From a virus (lineage: Duplodnaviria > Heunggongvirae > Uroviricota > Caudoviricetes), in the IMG/VR virus record IMGVR_UViG_2740892441_000001: DNA of 64,000 bases; one strand, written 5' to 3'. Position 1 is the first letter of the stretch. Every line of letters starts with the position of its first letter. The notes beneath the pieces were generated by a model. The model did not search any database. It had not been told where the DNA came from and saw nothing but the letters and a program-made list of their open reading frames with translations. Of the stretch, positions 1 to 9,576 are shown in pieces. Made by a program: the position numbers and the translations under genes.

Positions 1-2
1 TG

Positions 3-164
3 GACGCTGGCTATACTCAAGCCAACCAGTTGATCAATCTTTGCGAACGTCTCGGACTTGTTGAAAAAGTCAAAGGAGCTGGGAGCGCAAAAGCTGGTAC
101 TCAGCAATATCGCTTTATCAAGAATGATTTCTACAATTATCTAGCTGATGCTTTCAAAGCGTAA
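3..164 (+). CDS. hypothetical protein, 3-prime fragment (gene starts upstream of window)
   Basis: Open frame from window edge to TAA at 162-164 (53 codons, no start codon in window); followed by hairpin and RBS of next gene. Confidence 0.3.
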   Translation, partial: DAGYTQANQLINLCERLGLVEKVKGAGSAKAGTQQYRFIKNDFYNYLADAFKA

Positions 165-211
165 TTAATGGAATCAAGCGCCCACTATGGGCGCTTTAAA
201 GGAGCTTTAAA

Positions 212-415
212 ATGGTCAGCTATGACAAGATCCGCGCGGAATATCGCGCAAAGTATCGCGCTTACAAACTGGAATTAATCGATGATTTGATCGCGCAACG
301 CGACCAATTAAATTTTACGTTTTCTGATTTGCTTAACAGCAAGCGAGATTGCAAGCGCAAACGTGAATATTTACGTTTAAGCGCATTAATCGGAAAACTT
401 CAAAATTCTATTTAA
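212..415 (+). CDS. hypothetical small basic protein
   Basis: 67 aa ORF; AAGGAG-type RBS about 8 nt upstream of ATG; same RBS as next gene. Confidence 0.45.
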   Translation: MVSYDKIRAEYRAKYRAYKLELIDDLIAQRDQLNFTFSDLLNSKRDCKRKREYLRLSALIGKLQNSI

Positions 416-435
416 TTTTTTTAAGGAGCTTAATC

Positions 436-663
436 ATGTTTGTTCTTATCGCTGGCGTTAACGTCCACAATGAATATTGTGTTAATGATATTGCTGGGAT
501 CGCTGGTTACGCTGGATCTGTTGAGCTTATAGATGAAACGACGCGCAAAATTGACTTATTGAGCGACCAGGAGCGAAAAAAAGCAGACGTGAACGACGCT
601 GATATATTTTTAATGTTAAAAGCGTTTGTAGAAATGGGATTTGAAATCAGTTTACATAAATAA
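436..663 (+). CDS. hypothetical small protein
   Basis: 75 aa ORF; TAAGGAG RBS upstream; followed by intrinsic terminator hairpin. Confidence 0.5.
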   Translation: MFVLIAGVNVHNEYCVNDIAGIAGYAGSVELIDETTRKIDLLSDQERKKADVNDADIFLMLKAFVEMGFEISLHK

Positions 664-668
664 AATCG

Positions 669-692
669 AGCGCCCACTATGGGCGCTTTTTT
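669..692 (+). terminator. rho-independent terminator (GC hairpin AGCGCCCACTATGGGCGCT + T-run)
   Basis: Perfect inverted repeat followed by TTTTTT; same hairpin also at about 176-196. Confidence 0.6.
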
Positions 693-713
693 CGTTTCCA
701 ATACTCCCACCAT

Positions 714-739
714 AACGCGCCATCATTGGCGCGTTTTTT
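714..739 (+). terminator. rho-independent terminator (AACGCGCC..GGCGCGTT + T-run)
   Basis: Inverted repeat followed by TTTTTT. Confidence 0.55.
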
Positions 740-1144
740 ATTGTCTTTAACTCACTCCAACAACATAAAAATAAGCGCCAAAATAACGCCATAGACGCGA
801 TTTTATATCCTCGCCAGTACATACCCATTACTTAACACATTAACGCGCTTAAAACGCGTTATATTGCGCTATAGAGTATGGTTAATCGTTGGCTTTTAGT
901 CTTGCTTTATGATCCGCGTTTATTTGTCGGCGCGGATCGGCATTTTGTTTTGTTCCGTATCCGCTCGCGTATTATGTGCGCGTGATTTTTCACATAATCA
1001 CACCACTTAATCACGTATGTGATTATGCTACGAAAGAAATCTGGATGTCTCAGGCGACGAAAGTCATCATAATTTTCCCCGCTCACCTGTCCGACAACCG
1101 CTGGTTGGATTCAACCAGCTTCCCGATGTTTTTTCTATATAAAG

Positions 1145-1235
1145 GCGAATGCAGCCGTTTCCCGAAAAAATCCTGGCCGTTTCCCGTCGGCTCATGAATG
1201 CGTTCCTCGCCGTTTCTGAAAATTTCCCTGCGGCA
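1145..1235. repeat. three direct copies of GCCGTTTC(C)CGAA-like motif
   Basis: Motif recurs as a 6-copy array at about 4785-4910. Confidence 0.4.
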
Positions 1236-1279
1236 GCTGGTGGCTATAGAGAAAGGGCCGTTTCTGGCCCTCTTCTCAG

Positions 1280-1762
1280 TTACACGCCATCAAGGATGTG
1301 GATGCGGTTGCTTGCGTATACATTCAGCATAAAGTTAGCGCAAAACAGTTTCCATGTATCAACGCCAGCGGTATACGTAATGTTTTTGCATTTAATCGCA
1401 TTGTTGGCGATCCGCATCCCCTGCGATACTGCTTCATCGTCGGAAAATTTGAACGACGATTGAGTTTTAATCCAGACAGAAATCTGCGTAGCGAACTCAA
1501 TCAGCTTGGACTGGCAGAATCGCCCGGAGCGCACCGGAAAGACGAACGTTCCGAATCCAGAATTTACCACATACGCTTTCTCAAATACCCGCGAGTAACG
1601 ACGATTGCCAATGATGTCGCGTGCAATAATGCATTTTTCTTGTGCTGACAGTTCTACCGTCTCATTGTCGCGCCATGCACCAAGTACTCGTTTTTCAATG
1701 TCAGAGAACGTTACAGCGATATTGCCATGTGCGGGTGCGTTTACAGTAGCGATAAAATTCAT
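1280..1762 (-). CDS. hypothetical protein
   Basis: 160 aa ORF; AAGGAAA RBS before ATG; conserved promoter-like motif immediately upstream. Confidence 0.55.
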   Translation of the reverse strand: MNFIATVNAPAHGNIAVTFSDIEKRVLGAWRDNETVELSAQEKCIIARDIIGNRRYSRVFEKAYVVNSGFGTFVFPVRSGRFCQSKLIEFATQISVWIKTQSSFKFSDDEAVSQGMRIANNAIKCKNITYTAGVDTWKLFCANFMLNVYASNRIHILDGV

Positions 1763-1783
1763 GATTATTTCCTTATCGTAAAT

Positions 1784-1830
1784 AACAAATTGTTTTCTTG
1801 TTGGTGTTAATTATCGTTGTACGAATAAGG
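1784..1830 (-). promoter_or_regulatory. conserved early-promoter-like motif (minus-strand reading GATAAT-AACACCAA-AAGAAAACAATTTGTT)
   Basis: About 40 bp element recurring upstream of at least 10 minus-strand genes; contains GATAAT -10-like hexamer and AACAA.TTGTT palindrome. Confidence 0.35.
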
Positions 1831-1844
1831 CGTCAAAGTGGAAA

Positions 1845-1932
1845 GTTGCGGTAGCCGGACGGGAACAGGTGGGTTTTTCGGTTGCCTGGAGGTAAGAGGT
1901 TGGTGTTTTTAGCCTGCGGGAAACAGGATGGT
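1845..1932. repeat. about 80 bp repeat element (GGTAGCC..AGGTGGGT..TTTTCGGT..GCCTG..AAGAGGTTGGT..GTTTTT), second copy at 5505-5590
   Basis: Two copies alignable by eye; each looks like an internal tandem duplication of a ~30 bp unit. Confidence 0.4.
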
Positions 1933-1937
1933 CATTT

Positions 1938-1961
1938 AAGGCCACCAATGCTGGTGGCCTT
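1938..1961 (-). terminator. hairpin AAGGCCACC-AATGC-TGGTGGCCTT, putative terminator or processing site
   Basis: Same hairpin family at 2409-2432, 11238-11258 and 15421-15441, always between a gene end and the next promoter motif. Confidence 0.35.
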
Positions 1962-1966
1962 AGTCT

Positions 1967-2248
1967 TTAGTGGAGCAGACCGATGTCGATGGTATCCCCT
2001 GAATCCCCCACACGGATCATCAGCATGGCGAAGGCGTTTAGTGGATAACTGGCGTGCCATTCAGGGAAGCGGTCATCTCGCATGAAGTCGGCAATGTCGT
2101 AAACGCAGCCCTCAAAGTGGAAGAATCGCGTGCTTACCTGCTCGTCATATTCCACATGATCCATTTCTTGCTGTTCTGTTTCCGGCAAGTCCAGCCATGA
2201 TTCAAGGAATACATTTTGTGCTTTAGGGGTAATGGTGAAATCAGTCAT
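1967..2248 (-). CDS. hypothetical protein
   Basis: Start moved to internal ATG with GAGGA RBS; the longer track ORF would read through the promoter motif. Confidence 0.4.
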   Translation of the reverse strand: MTDFTITPKAQNVFLESWLDLPETEQQEMDHVEYDEQVSTRFFHFEGCVYDIADFMRDDRFPEWHASYPLNAFAMLMIRVGDSGDTIDIGLLH

Positions 2249-2267
2249 GAGCATATCCTCACTGCGT

Positions 2268-2325
2268 AAACATATTGTTTTCTTGTTGGTGTAATTATCG
2301 CAGTGTAGATAAGGCATAAAAGAAG
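2268..2325 (-). promoter_or_regulatory. conserved early-promoter-like motif
   Basis: AAACATATTGTTTTCTTGTTGGTGTAATTATCGCAG matches the recurring motif. Confidence 0.35.
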
Positions 2326-2583
2326 TTAATACAGGCTGAATACACAAGAAAGGTTCTGGAAGTTGATAGCCAGGTTTCAAACTAACCTTCGGTTATTAAA
2401 AGTCATTTAAGACCACCAATGCTGGTGGCCTTAATAATTATCGCCCGATTACGCTAAGGATCTTTTCCTCAACTGATTTGTTGTTGCGACTAAACTGCCT
2501 TGCGTATCTGATGACAGAAGAGGCGTTTTGCTTTCTGACCATCTCGGCTCTTTCCTTCAGGCGTTTCTTGAAATCGCCCATAT

Positions 2584-2976
2584 TTACCACCAGGCGCAGA
2601 ACGTCAGTCTGTTATTGTGAAAGTCGTAATTATTAATCAGCTCTTCTACAAGTGCTTTCAACTCCCCCACGTCACGCCAGTAATCTTCGTCATAATCCAT
2701 GCTGCCAAAGTAAAAACCTCCAGTCGGCTCGAACTCATCCTGAGTAGGCAGAAGGGCTTCGCAATTACTCTCGTTGAGACGAATCAGAGTAGCCTTTAGA
2801 GCGCAAAGATCATTCTTTGTAATTTCTAAAAATTTAAAACTATCAACTTTGCCTACGTTCCGATTCACCCACCCAACAAGCGCATTAAACTTATAAAAAT
2901 AGCCTACTTCCTTTCTGGCTGCTTCGTTATTCAGATCGTTTTTTGGCTGCGTCTCGATATAGATATCAAGTCCCAT
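2584..2976 (-). CDS. hypothetical protein
   Basis: 130 aa ORF with AAGGAAA RBS. Confidence 0.55.
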   Translation of the reverse strand: MGLDIYIETQPKNDLNNEAARKEVGYFYKFNALVGWVNRNVGKVDSFKFLEITKNDLCALKATLIRLNESNCEALLPTQDEFEPTGGFYFGSMDYDEDYWRDVGELKALVEELINNYDFHNNRLTFCAWW

Positions 2977-3100
2977 GATGGTTTCCTTATTAAGTATTAA
3001 GTTGCTTCAGTGAAAGCATTTTCACAAATCAGATAAGGCAGAAAACAAATTATTATCGGGCATAAGAAAATGGCGCGGTTTACGCGCCATTTAAAGAGGA

Positions 3101-3496
3101 TTAAGCGAATACGCTTTCAGGGATTAAGGTATCAGCAGGAATGCCGGATGTAATACGCAGACCGTACTGGCCAATCCAGGTGGTGCTGGTGTTCAGGCTG
3201 GAGGCGAATACGGAATTAACCATATTCATCATGGTTTCAAACACCTCTTCATCAACCTGGCGGAAGTAGTTCTCGATTTTCAGCAGCAGCGGGTCAGTTG
3301 CATCGAGAATGGACTGGTATTGAGTCGCGTACTCGCCGCCGGAGGCATCACCTTTACGCACGATCGTACTGGCCTGTACTTCGGCACCAGTTTCGGTGTT
3401 GTACGTAACAACGGTGATTTTTGCCACATTCTTACCTTCGGCGGTTTCAGAGGCATAGTAAACATCAACTGTCAGTTTTTCGCGTTTAACGGTCAT
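3101..3496 (-). CDS. hypothetical protein
   Basis: Start refined to internal ATG with GGAGAG RBS (131 aa). Confidence 0.5.
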   Translation of the reverse strand: MTVKREKLTVDVYYASETAEGKNVAKITVVTYNTETGAEVQASTIVRKGDASGGEYATQYQSILDATDPLLLKIENYFRQVDEEVFETMMNMVNSVFASSLNTSTTWIGQYGLRITSGIPADTLIPESVFA

Positions 3497-3539
3497 TTCA
3501 CTCTCCGTAGTGTATTGGTTATTTTTATATTCTATGATC

Positions 3540-3555
3540 GTAAGTATGTACTTAC
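3540..3555. promoter_or_regulatory. palindrome GTAAGTA-TG-TACTTAC (operator-like motif B)
   Basis: Member of dispersed ATAAGTA-N-TACTTAT palindrome family. Confidence 0.3.
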
Positions 3556-3560
3556 AAAAC

Positions 3561-3588
3561 AAAAAAGCCCCGTAAGGATGGCGGGGCT
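3561..3588 (-). terminator. rho-independent terminator (GCCCCG..CGGGGC with U-run on minus strand)
   Basis: GC hairpin adjacent to A-run on plus strand; lies just downstream of gene 3623-3934. Confidence 0.5.
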
Positions 3589-3622
3589 GTCGTACTGTCG
3601 ACTAATTACCACTTGCACATTA

Positions 3623-3934
3623 TCAGGCTATTGCCATCACTGATGCTCTCTGAATCTCTTGCTGGGCCACGCGGTTAACTTCCATCAAAGCCAGTTCGAG
3701 CTGATGTTCCGGCCACATTCTTTGAAACGCCATCCAGCCTTTTCCACGCTGGCGGCGAACATTCATTACATAACGAGTAAAGGTGTTTTTATCGAAAGAC
3801 ACCGCTGTTTCACGGAACAGACGAATAGAGGTTCCATTGGCAACGATGTCCAGCAAAGTTAATTGAGCAACCAGCGCAGGCTTCTCTTTTCTCTTCTGGT
3901 CTTTGTCCAGACCAAGAACCAATGATTTTTTCAT
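3623..3934 (-). CDS. hypothetical protein
   Basis: Start refined to ATG with GGAG RBS (103 aa); promoter motif upstream. Confidence 0.45.
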   Translation of the reverse strand: MKKSLVLGLDKDQKRKEKPALVAQLTLLDIVANGTSIRLFRETAVSFDKNTFTRYVMNVRRQRGKGWMAFQRMWPEHQLELALMEVNRVAQQEIQRASVMAIA

Positions 3935-3945
3935 CACAACTCCGT

Positions 3946-3986
3946 AAACAACTTGTTTTCTCAATGGCGTAAATAATACCAGTAAG
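3946..3986 (-). promoter_or_regulatory. conserved early-promoter-like motif
   Basis: AAACAACTTGTTTTCTCAATGGCGTAAATAATACC. Confidence 0.35.
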
Positions 3987-4087
3987 AAAACGGCTACAAA
4001 GCATATTGATCAGGTGCATGAGCGATATGCAGGTTCTTCCCTGCGGCTATAGAGAAATTAAGCCAGCAATGCTGGCTTTGGTTGGGG

Positions 4088-4417
4088 TTACTCGAATACT
4101 TCAAGAAACTCCTGAACGTCCCAATGCTGGACGAGGTGAAGATAGACCTTAGAAATCACGTCATTTTCGCTATCGCATGTGAAGTAGTACTTCTGGCTGC
4201 GGTTGTATGTGTCCACACAAAATTCGCTCATATCCATAAAGTCAGCATCTTCACCCATGTCGCAAATCATCAAAGCAGGTGCGTCATCACGAGTCATCAG
4301 CTCAAGCACCCACCGCGAATTGATCAGAGTGGAAGACCAACCTTCTAACTCATAAAACTGATCAAACTCTTTTTGAGTTAATTTCTTGATTTGGTTGATG
4401 TCGATATTTGCAAACAT
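4088..4417 (-). CDS. hypothetical acidic small protein
   Basis: 109 aa, D/E-rich; promoter motif upstream. Confidence 0.5.
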   Translation of the reverse strand: MFANIDINQIKKLTQKEFDQFYELEGWSSTLINSRWVLELMTRDDAPALMICDMGEDADFMDMSEFCVDTYNRSQKYYFTCDSENDVISKVYLHLVQHWDVQEFLEVFE

Positions 4418-4429
4418 AAATCAATCCTT

Positions 4430-4478
4430 AAACAACATGTTTTCTTATTGGTGTTATTATCGCAATAACGCATAGGCG
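4430..4478 (-). promoter_or_regulatory. conserved early-promoter-like motif
   Basis: AAACAACATGTTTTCTTATTGGTGTTATTATCGCAATAACG. Confidence 0.35.
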
Positions 4479-4784
4479 AAAAAGGATTTTATTCCGGTGA
4501 ATGTGGTTTTGGCAGTGAGTTTTCAGGTTCAGTACCGAGTACACTTTTTACATTATTCTGATTTAGTAGCCGAAGGTGGCTGGTGGGCAGAATAATCATC
4601 TCCCCGAAAACCTACTGAAATCGATTGTGACCCGCTGACTGTCTGGCACAATTACGCTGTAGTTGGGCATTCAGAGGGAATCCAGCGGTAAGTAAGTTCG
4701 CCTGCACGTGAGCGCCTCTCTTCTTCCCGCACATTACAGGTGGATAGCCGCAACTCTCCCTCTCGCTATACCGGTACGCCGCCG

Positions 4785-4910
4785 TTCCTGAACCGGCATC
4801 GAGCCTTTTCCCGAAATCCACACAGGCAACTCGACCGTTTCCCTGAAAACCTCCAGCCGTTCCCCGAAGGCAACCCAGCCGTTTCTGTAGCGGGATGCAG
4901 CCTTTTCCCT
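4785..4910. repeat. six tandem ~20 bp repeats (A)GCCGTTTCCC(T)GAA
   Basis: Direct repeats visible by eye; same motif at 1145-1235. Confidence 0.5.
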
Positions 4911-5089
4911 GTATGGACCGAAGGCTGACCGTAGGGGTGTTACGGGGGATAAAATCAGTAGTTGAATAAATACGAAAAAGGAGGCGACACCCCTCCTTCC
5001 CTCCCCACTTATACATACCTGGCTTCTTCGCTATGCATGTTGTGTTTTCTTCGTGTTTTATCTGTTTCAACCTCTCTATAGGCGTTAAT

Positions 5090-5500
5090 GCTCACTCCTT
5101 CCAGAACGTTCTATACGGCAACTATTTCTGTTGGTGAATTGGGTGTGTTGTTTTCTCTGTCGGTGTATGTGGTTTCGTTCGTTTTGCGGTGGTTCTTCTA
5201 TAGGGTGTTCTCGTCGTTTTGGTGATTGTTCTTCTCCGTCTATGGAGTAATGGCAGGTGGGCGATTCCTTTCGTTATTGTGTTTGAGTTGTTTGTCTGGA
5301 GTGCGTGAAGGGCTTTTGTAGTTATTCGTGTATTGGGTAATGGCGTTTCCCGTGATTGTTCTGTTTCGTGTCTTTTGGGATTGAAGAATCCTTGCGGTAA
5401 CAGGCTTCGTTGGGGTTTCAGTGATTCTGGTGTTTCTTCGCTGTTTGGGTAATGGCGTGTCGTGGGTATCGCGCGTATGAATGTTTTCGGATTGCCTGTG
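5090..5500. repeat. G+T-rich low-complexity tract (plus strand), ORF-free
   Basis: Extreme strand compositional skew; the only ORFs are low-complexity minus-strand artefacts. Confidence 0.45.
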
Positions 5501-5504
5501 AAAG

Positions 5505-5590
5505 TTAGGTTGGTTGTCCGGTAGCCTGGGAAGAAGAGGTGGGTCTTTTCGGTAGCCTGCCATAAAGAGGTTGGTTGTTTTTGGGAATGG
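5505..5590. repeat. second copy of the ~80 bp repeat element seen at 1845-1932
   Basis: Alignable by eye to 1845-1932. Confidence 0.4.
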
Positions 5591-5980
5591 CATATGCGTT
5601 ATTTAGTTGTTTTGTTATGCCTGAAAATAAGTTGTTTATATGGTTATGTAACGCAACGGGAACGATTTTGAGCGTGTGTTTTTGTTGGTAGTGTGTTGGG
5701 TCGTCTGTGGTGAAAATTGGACGCTGTGGCGCTGTCTGCTGCGTAGGATTGCGGGTATAAGAAGTAATGTGTGAAAACGTCAATTTTTTAGACCAAATCG
5801 GGTGAAAGCGTTGACGTTTCGTTGATCTGTTATTCAGTTGTTTTCTTGTTTGTATAAACAACTATAACCTATTGATATTTAAGGGTGTGATTGCAGGTAT
5901 GGAAGGGGAGTAGTGGCGATCAACGGATTCTTATAGAAAAGAATCAAATTGTGACCGCCATTATCAATAAGTTGCAACCG

Positions 5981-6550
5981 TTAGTTGTTCAGATAAACAT
6001 TTGGAACACGGACGTAGAAGTTCCTGTCACCGGTAAGTTCCAGAGTAATGTTAATGTCATTACCATTGTCTAGTGTAGCCGTTGCTCTATAGAACTTATC
6101 CGTCACCTTGTCCTCTATTGTCACCTTCATACATTTTGGTGCAGTCGAACCGTTATTCTCTTTCAGAATAGTTGTCACGAGAGGGCAGGCTGCTTCTTCA
6201 AGAGCAACCTCGTCCTTGTGTGGGATGCCGATGAAGATAATCCAAGCCAGCGACGCAACGATTATGATAAATGGCACTCTGCTGCCTTTTGTAATAGTCG
6301 CGCGCTTCCAGAGATAGACAGGCAGGAGGAATACCCCCCATAGAATTGAAGGTGGTTCACAGCCAGACTCCGATAGAGCCATTCTGTCAGCTACTAACAA
6401 ACCGATGGTAGTTACACCCCCAATTATAATAGCGTAATTGGTATACTCTTCCGGCAATACTCCAAAGAAGAAAGGCATGAACGCTAGAATCCACGCATAA
6501 ATGTTATTCAGAGGTTTTGTTTGTTGGTTCTGGGTTTCCATCACATCCAT
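5981..6550 (-). CDS. hypothetical membrane protein (several hydrophobic segments)
   Basis: 189 aa with multiple hydrophobic stretches. Confidence 0.5.
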   Translation of the reverse strand: MDVMETQNQQTKPLNNIYAWILAFMPFFFGVLPEEYTNYAIIIGGVTTIGLLVADRMALSESGCEPPSILWGVFLLPVYLWKRATITKGSRVPFIIIVASLAWIIFIGIPHKDEVALEEAACPLVTTILKENNGSTAPKCMKVTIEDKVTDKFYRATATLDNGNDINITLELTGDRNFYVRVPNVYLNN

Positions 6551-6702
6551 TCCATCACATAAAAATCGCTTTTATATATTATCAATTTTCTCACTTGTAT
6601 AACCTAAATACGCATCCGTTTATCAATCCACCTTCCACAAACATCAGCTTTGGCTATGAAAAATGACAATCTCAAAGTGAAACCATTATCATAGGATAAC
6701 GA

Positions 6703-6888
6703 TTAGATGAGATGGTCTAATTCATCATCTATCATCGCTTTAACACTTGAGTCATTAACCCCGTATTGATTTATGAGCCGTTTCAGCTCCGGTGAAAACT
6801 GAAGGTAGATATCGTGGGCGTTTTTCACTGTAGGTTCAACGCCACGCATTTCAAGCGCCTTTAGTAGATATGAGTCTTCTTTAAGCAT
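6703..6888 (-). CDS. hypothetical small protein
   Basis: 61 aa ORF in operon context. Confidence 0.35.
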   Translation of the reverse strand: MLKEDSYLLKALEMRGVEPTVKNAHDIYLQFSPELKRLINQYGVNDSSVKAMIDDELDHLI

Positions 6889-6924
6889 AAATTCTCCGTT
6901 ATCTAGTATGAAGCGATTGCCGGA

Positions 6925-7233
6925 TTACCATTGCCAGCACTCAAGCCCTTCAACGACCGGTGCGCCACAATCAAAATGTACAGAGTCAAAGCCTACATCA
7001 AGTACTTTCTGAATGTTCGCAATCGCGCCCTCGGATATACCATATCGACGCAACTCATCTTTCCAGTCATCGTCCTGTAACCCGGCGTGGACAATGCAAC
7101 CGTACTCAATTTGTGAAACCCAATCCAGCTCATTGCTTGCGATCATGAATCGGCGAGCATCTTCCTCTGATGTATGAGATGAGCTGATCAATGCCACCTG
7201 GTAGGCTTGGGTAATGTTCAACATTTCAACCAC
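6925..7233 (-). CDS. hypothetical protein
   Basis: 102 aa ORF; promoter motif pair immediately upstream. Confidence 0.5.
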   Translation of the reverse strand: MVEMLNITQAYQVALISSSHTSEEDARRFMIASNELDWVSQIEYGCIVHAGLQDDDWKDELRRYGISEGAIANIQKVLDVGFDSVHFDCGAPVVEGLECWQW

Positions 7234-7238
7234 TCCGA

Positions 7239-7303
7239 AACAATTTGTTTTCTTATGTGGCTTATTATCTCAATCAACAAAAGGCAGAAAACAAATTGTT
7301 TTA
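7239..7303 (-). promoter_or_regulatory. two adjacent copies of the conserved promoter-like motif; the hairpin that usually follows is missing where host-like DNA begins
   Basis: AAACAATTTGTTTTCTTATGTGG...AAAAGGCAGAAAACAAATTGTTTT. Confidence 0.35.
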
Positions 7304-7337
7304 GGGTTTGTTAAAGTCAGAAGGGATTGTGTCTATA

Positions 7338-7372
7338 TGAAAATGCCCAGCGTATTGCCGGGCATTGTGAAG
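7338..7372 (-). terminator. metG terminator hairpin (AATGCCC..GGGCATT + U-run on minus strand)
   Basis: GC stem followed by TTTT on the metG sense strand just after the stop codon. Confidence 0.5.
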
Positions 7373-7385
7373 AATGGTTGCTTAA

Positions 7386-9419
7386 TTACTTAACCTGGTG
7401 GCCAGGTTTAGCACCAGCATCCGGGCTTAACAGGAAGATGTCTTTCCCGCCGGGGCCAGCAGCCATCACCATGCCTTCGGAGATACCGAAACGCATTTTA
7501 CGCGGAGCCAGGTTAGCCACCATAATGGTGTGACGGCCAATCAGTGCCTGTGGGTCTGGATAAGCGGAACGGATGCCTGAGAAGACATTGCGTTTTTCAC
7601 CGCCGAGATCCAGCGTCAGGCGCAGCAGTTTGTCAGAACCTTCAACAAAGTCTGCGTTTTCGATCAGCGCCACGCGCAGGTCAACTTTGGCAAAGTCGTC
7701 AAAGGTGATGGTTTCCTGAATCGGGTCGTCTGCCAGCGGGCCAGTAACTGGCGCGGCAGTAGCTTTCACTTCTTCTTTAGACGCTTCCACCAATGCTTCC
7801 ACCTGTTTCATGTCGATACGGTTATACAGTGCTTTGAACGGATTCACTTTATGGCCCAGCAGCGGTTGCTGGATACCATCCCAGGTCAGTTCTGTATTCA
7901 GGAATGCTTCTGCACGTTCAGTCAGTTTCGGCAGTACCGGCTTCAGGTACGTCATCAGCACGCGGAACAGGTTAATGCCCATAGAGCAAATCGCCTGCAG
8001 ATCGGCATCGCGTCCTTCCTGCTTCGCCACCACCCACGGAGCCTGTTCATCGACATAGCGGTTAGCCAGGTCAGCCAATGCCATGATTTCACGGATAGCT
8101 TTACCAAATTCGCGGCTTTCCCATGCTTCGCCAATCACTTCAGCGGCATCAGTAAAGGTTTTGTACAGTTGCGAGTCAGCCAGTTCGCTTGCCAGCACGC
8201 CGTCAAAACGCTTGTTGATAAAGCCTGCATTACGGGAGGCCAGGTTAACCACTTTGTTCACGATATCGGCATTCACGCGCTGAACGAAATCCTCCAGGTT
8301 GAGATCGATATCATCAATGCGCGAAGAGAGTTTCGCAGTGTAGTAGTAACGCAGGCTGTCGGCGTCAAAATGATTCATCCAGGTGCTGGCTTTAATAAAG
8401 GTGCCGCGAGACTTGGACATCTTCGCGCCGTTCACCGTCACATAGCCGTGAACAAACAGGTTGGTCGGCTTGCGGAAGTTGCTGCCTTCCAGCATGGCAG
8501 GCCAGAACAGGCTGTGGAAGTAAACGATATCTTTACCGATGAAGTGGTACAGCTCGGCGGTGGAGTCTTTCTTCCAGTATTCATCGAAGCTGGTAGTGTC
8601 GCCGCGCTTGTCGCACAGATTCTTGAAGGAACCCATGTAGCCAATCGGTGCGTCCAGCCAGACGTAGAAATATTTACCCGGCGCGTTCGGAATTTCAAAA
8701 CCGAAGTAAGGTGCGTCGCGGGAGATATCCCACTGTTGCAGACCAGATTCAAACCACTCCTGCATTTTGTTTGCCACCTGCTCCTGCAACGCACCGCTGC
8801 GGGTCCATGCCTGCAACATTTCGCTGAAAGAGGGCAGATCAAAGAAGAAGTGTTCAGAATCACGCATTACCGGCGTAGCGCCAGAAACTACCGATTTCGG
8901 CTCAATCAGTTCAGTCGGGCTGTAGGTCGCGCCGCAAACTTCACAGTTATCGCCGTATTGATCTGGCGCTTTACATTTCGGACAGGTGCCTTTCACAAAA
9001 CGATCCGGCAGGAACATGCCTTTTTCCGGGTCGTACAACTGAGAGATAGTGCGGTTTTTAATAAAACCGTTCTCTTTCAGGCGAGTATAGATAAGCTCAG
9101 ACAGCTGGCGGTTCTCTTCGCTGTGCGTCGAGTGATAGTTGTCATAGCTGATGTTAAAGCCTGCGAAATCAGTCTGGTGTTCCTGGCTCATTTCGCCAAT
9201 CATCTGTTCCGGTGTGATACCAAGCTGCTGTGCTTTCAGCATGATCGGCGTACCGTGGGCATCGTCGGCGCAGATGAAGTTGACCTCGTGGCCGCGCATT
9301 CGCTGGTAACGGACCCAGACATCAGCCTGGATGTGCTCCAGCATATGGCCGAGGTGGATTGAGCCGTTAGCGTACGGCAGCGCGCACGTCACCAGAATTT
9401 TCTTCGCGACTTGGGTCAT
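7386..9419 (-). CDS. metG: methionyl-tRNA synthetase
   Basis: 677 aa translation matches E. coli MetG along its length as recalled from memory ([31 protein letters not shown]...KPGHQVK); start set at the MTQVAKK ATG, upstream extension of the track ORF judged spurious. Confidence 0.95.
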   Translation of the reverse strand: MTQVAKKILVTCALPYANGSIHLGHMLEHIQADVWVRYQRMRGHEVNFICADDAHGTPIMLKAQQLGITPEQMIGEMSQEHQTDFAGFNISYDNYHSTHSEENRQLSELIYTRLKENGFIKNRTISQLYDPEKGMFLPDRFVKGTCPKCKAPDQYGDNCEVCGATYSPTELIEPKSVVSGATPVMRDSEHFFFDLPSFSEMLQAWTRSGALQEQVANKMQEWFESGLQQWDISRDAPYFGFEIPNAPGKYFYVWLDAPIGYMGSFKNLCDKRGDTTSFDEYWKKDSTAELYHFIGKDIVYFHSLFWPAMLEGSNFRKPTNLFVHGYVTVNGAKMSKSRGTFIKASTWMNHFDADSLRYYYTAKLSSRIDDIDLNLEDFVQRVNADIVNKVVNLASRNAGFINKRFDGVLASELADSQLYKTFTDAAEVIGEAWESREFGKAIREIMALADLANRYVDEQAPWVVAKQEGRDADLQAICSMGINLFRVLMTYLKPVLPKLTERAEAFLNTELTWDGIQQPLLGHKVNPFKALYNRIDMKQVEALVEASKEEVKATAAPVTGPLADDPIQETITFDDFAKVDLRVALIENADFVEGSDKLLRLTLDLGGEKRNVFSGIRSAYPDPQALIGRHTIMVANLAPRKMRFGISEGMVMAAGPGGKDIFLLSPDAGAKPGHQVK

Positions 9420-9576
9420 AGTAGGCATTACTTCTTTGTAGTGAAAAGGGGCTTGATAGTAACAAAATGGCCTTATGTCTGCCATGTGATAACAGCATTT
9501 CTCATAAATGATTAAATGTCGTAGCTGGAGTACACTACAAGGCGACAATTGCGCAAATTAAAATAAAGGAGACGGG

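Noticed and set aside
976-1648. Plus-strand ORFs 976-1197, 1149-1463, 1298-1648
   Set aside because: Mutually overlapping, no RBS, and partly antisense to the better-supported gene at 1280-1762; the 700-1280 region looks like a convergent terminator and repeat region.
4612-5861. Minus-strand ORFs 4612-5070, 5240-5593 and 5505-5861 from the track
   Set aside because: Translations are low-complexity (P/T/R/N/Q-rich) and simply mirror the GT-rich repeat DNA; no RBS or domain signal. Treated as noncoding.
7851-9362. 503 aa plus-strand ORF
   Set aside because: Antisense shadow ORF lying entirely within metG; metG is strongly supported by homology.
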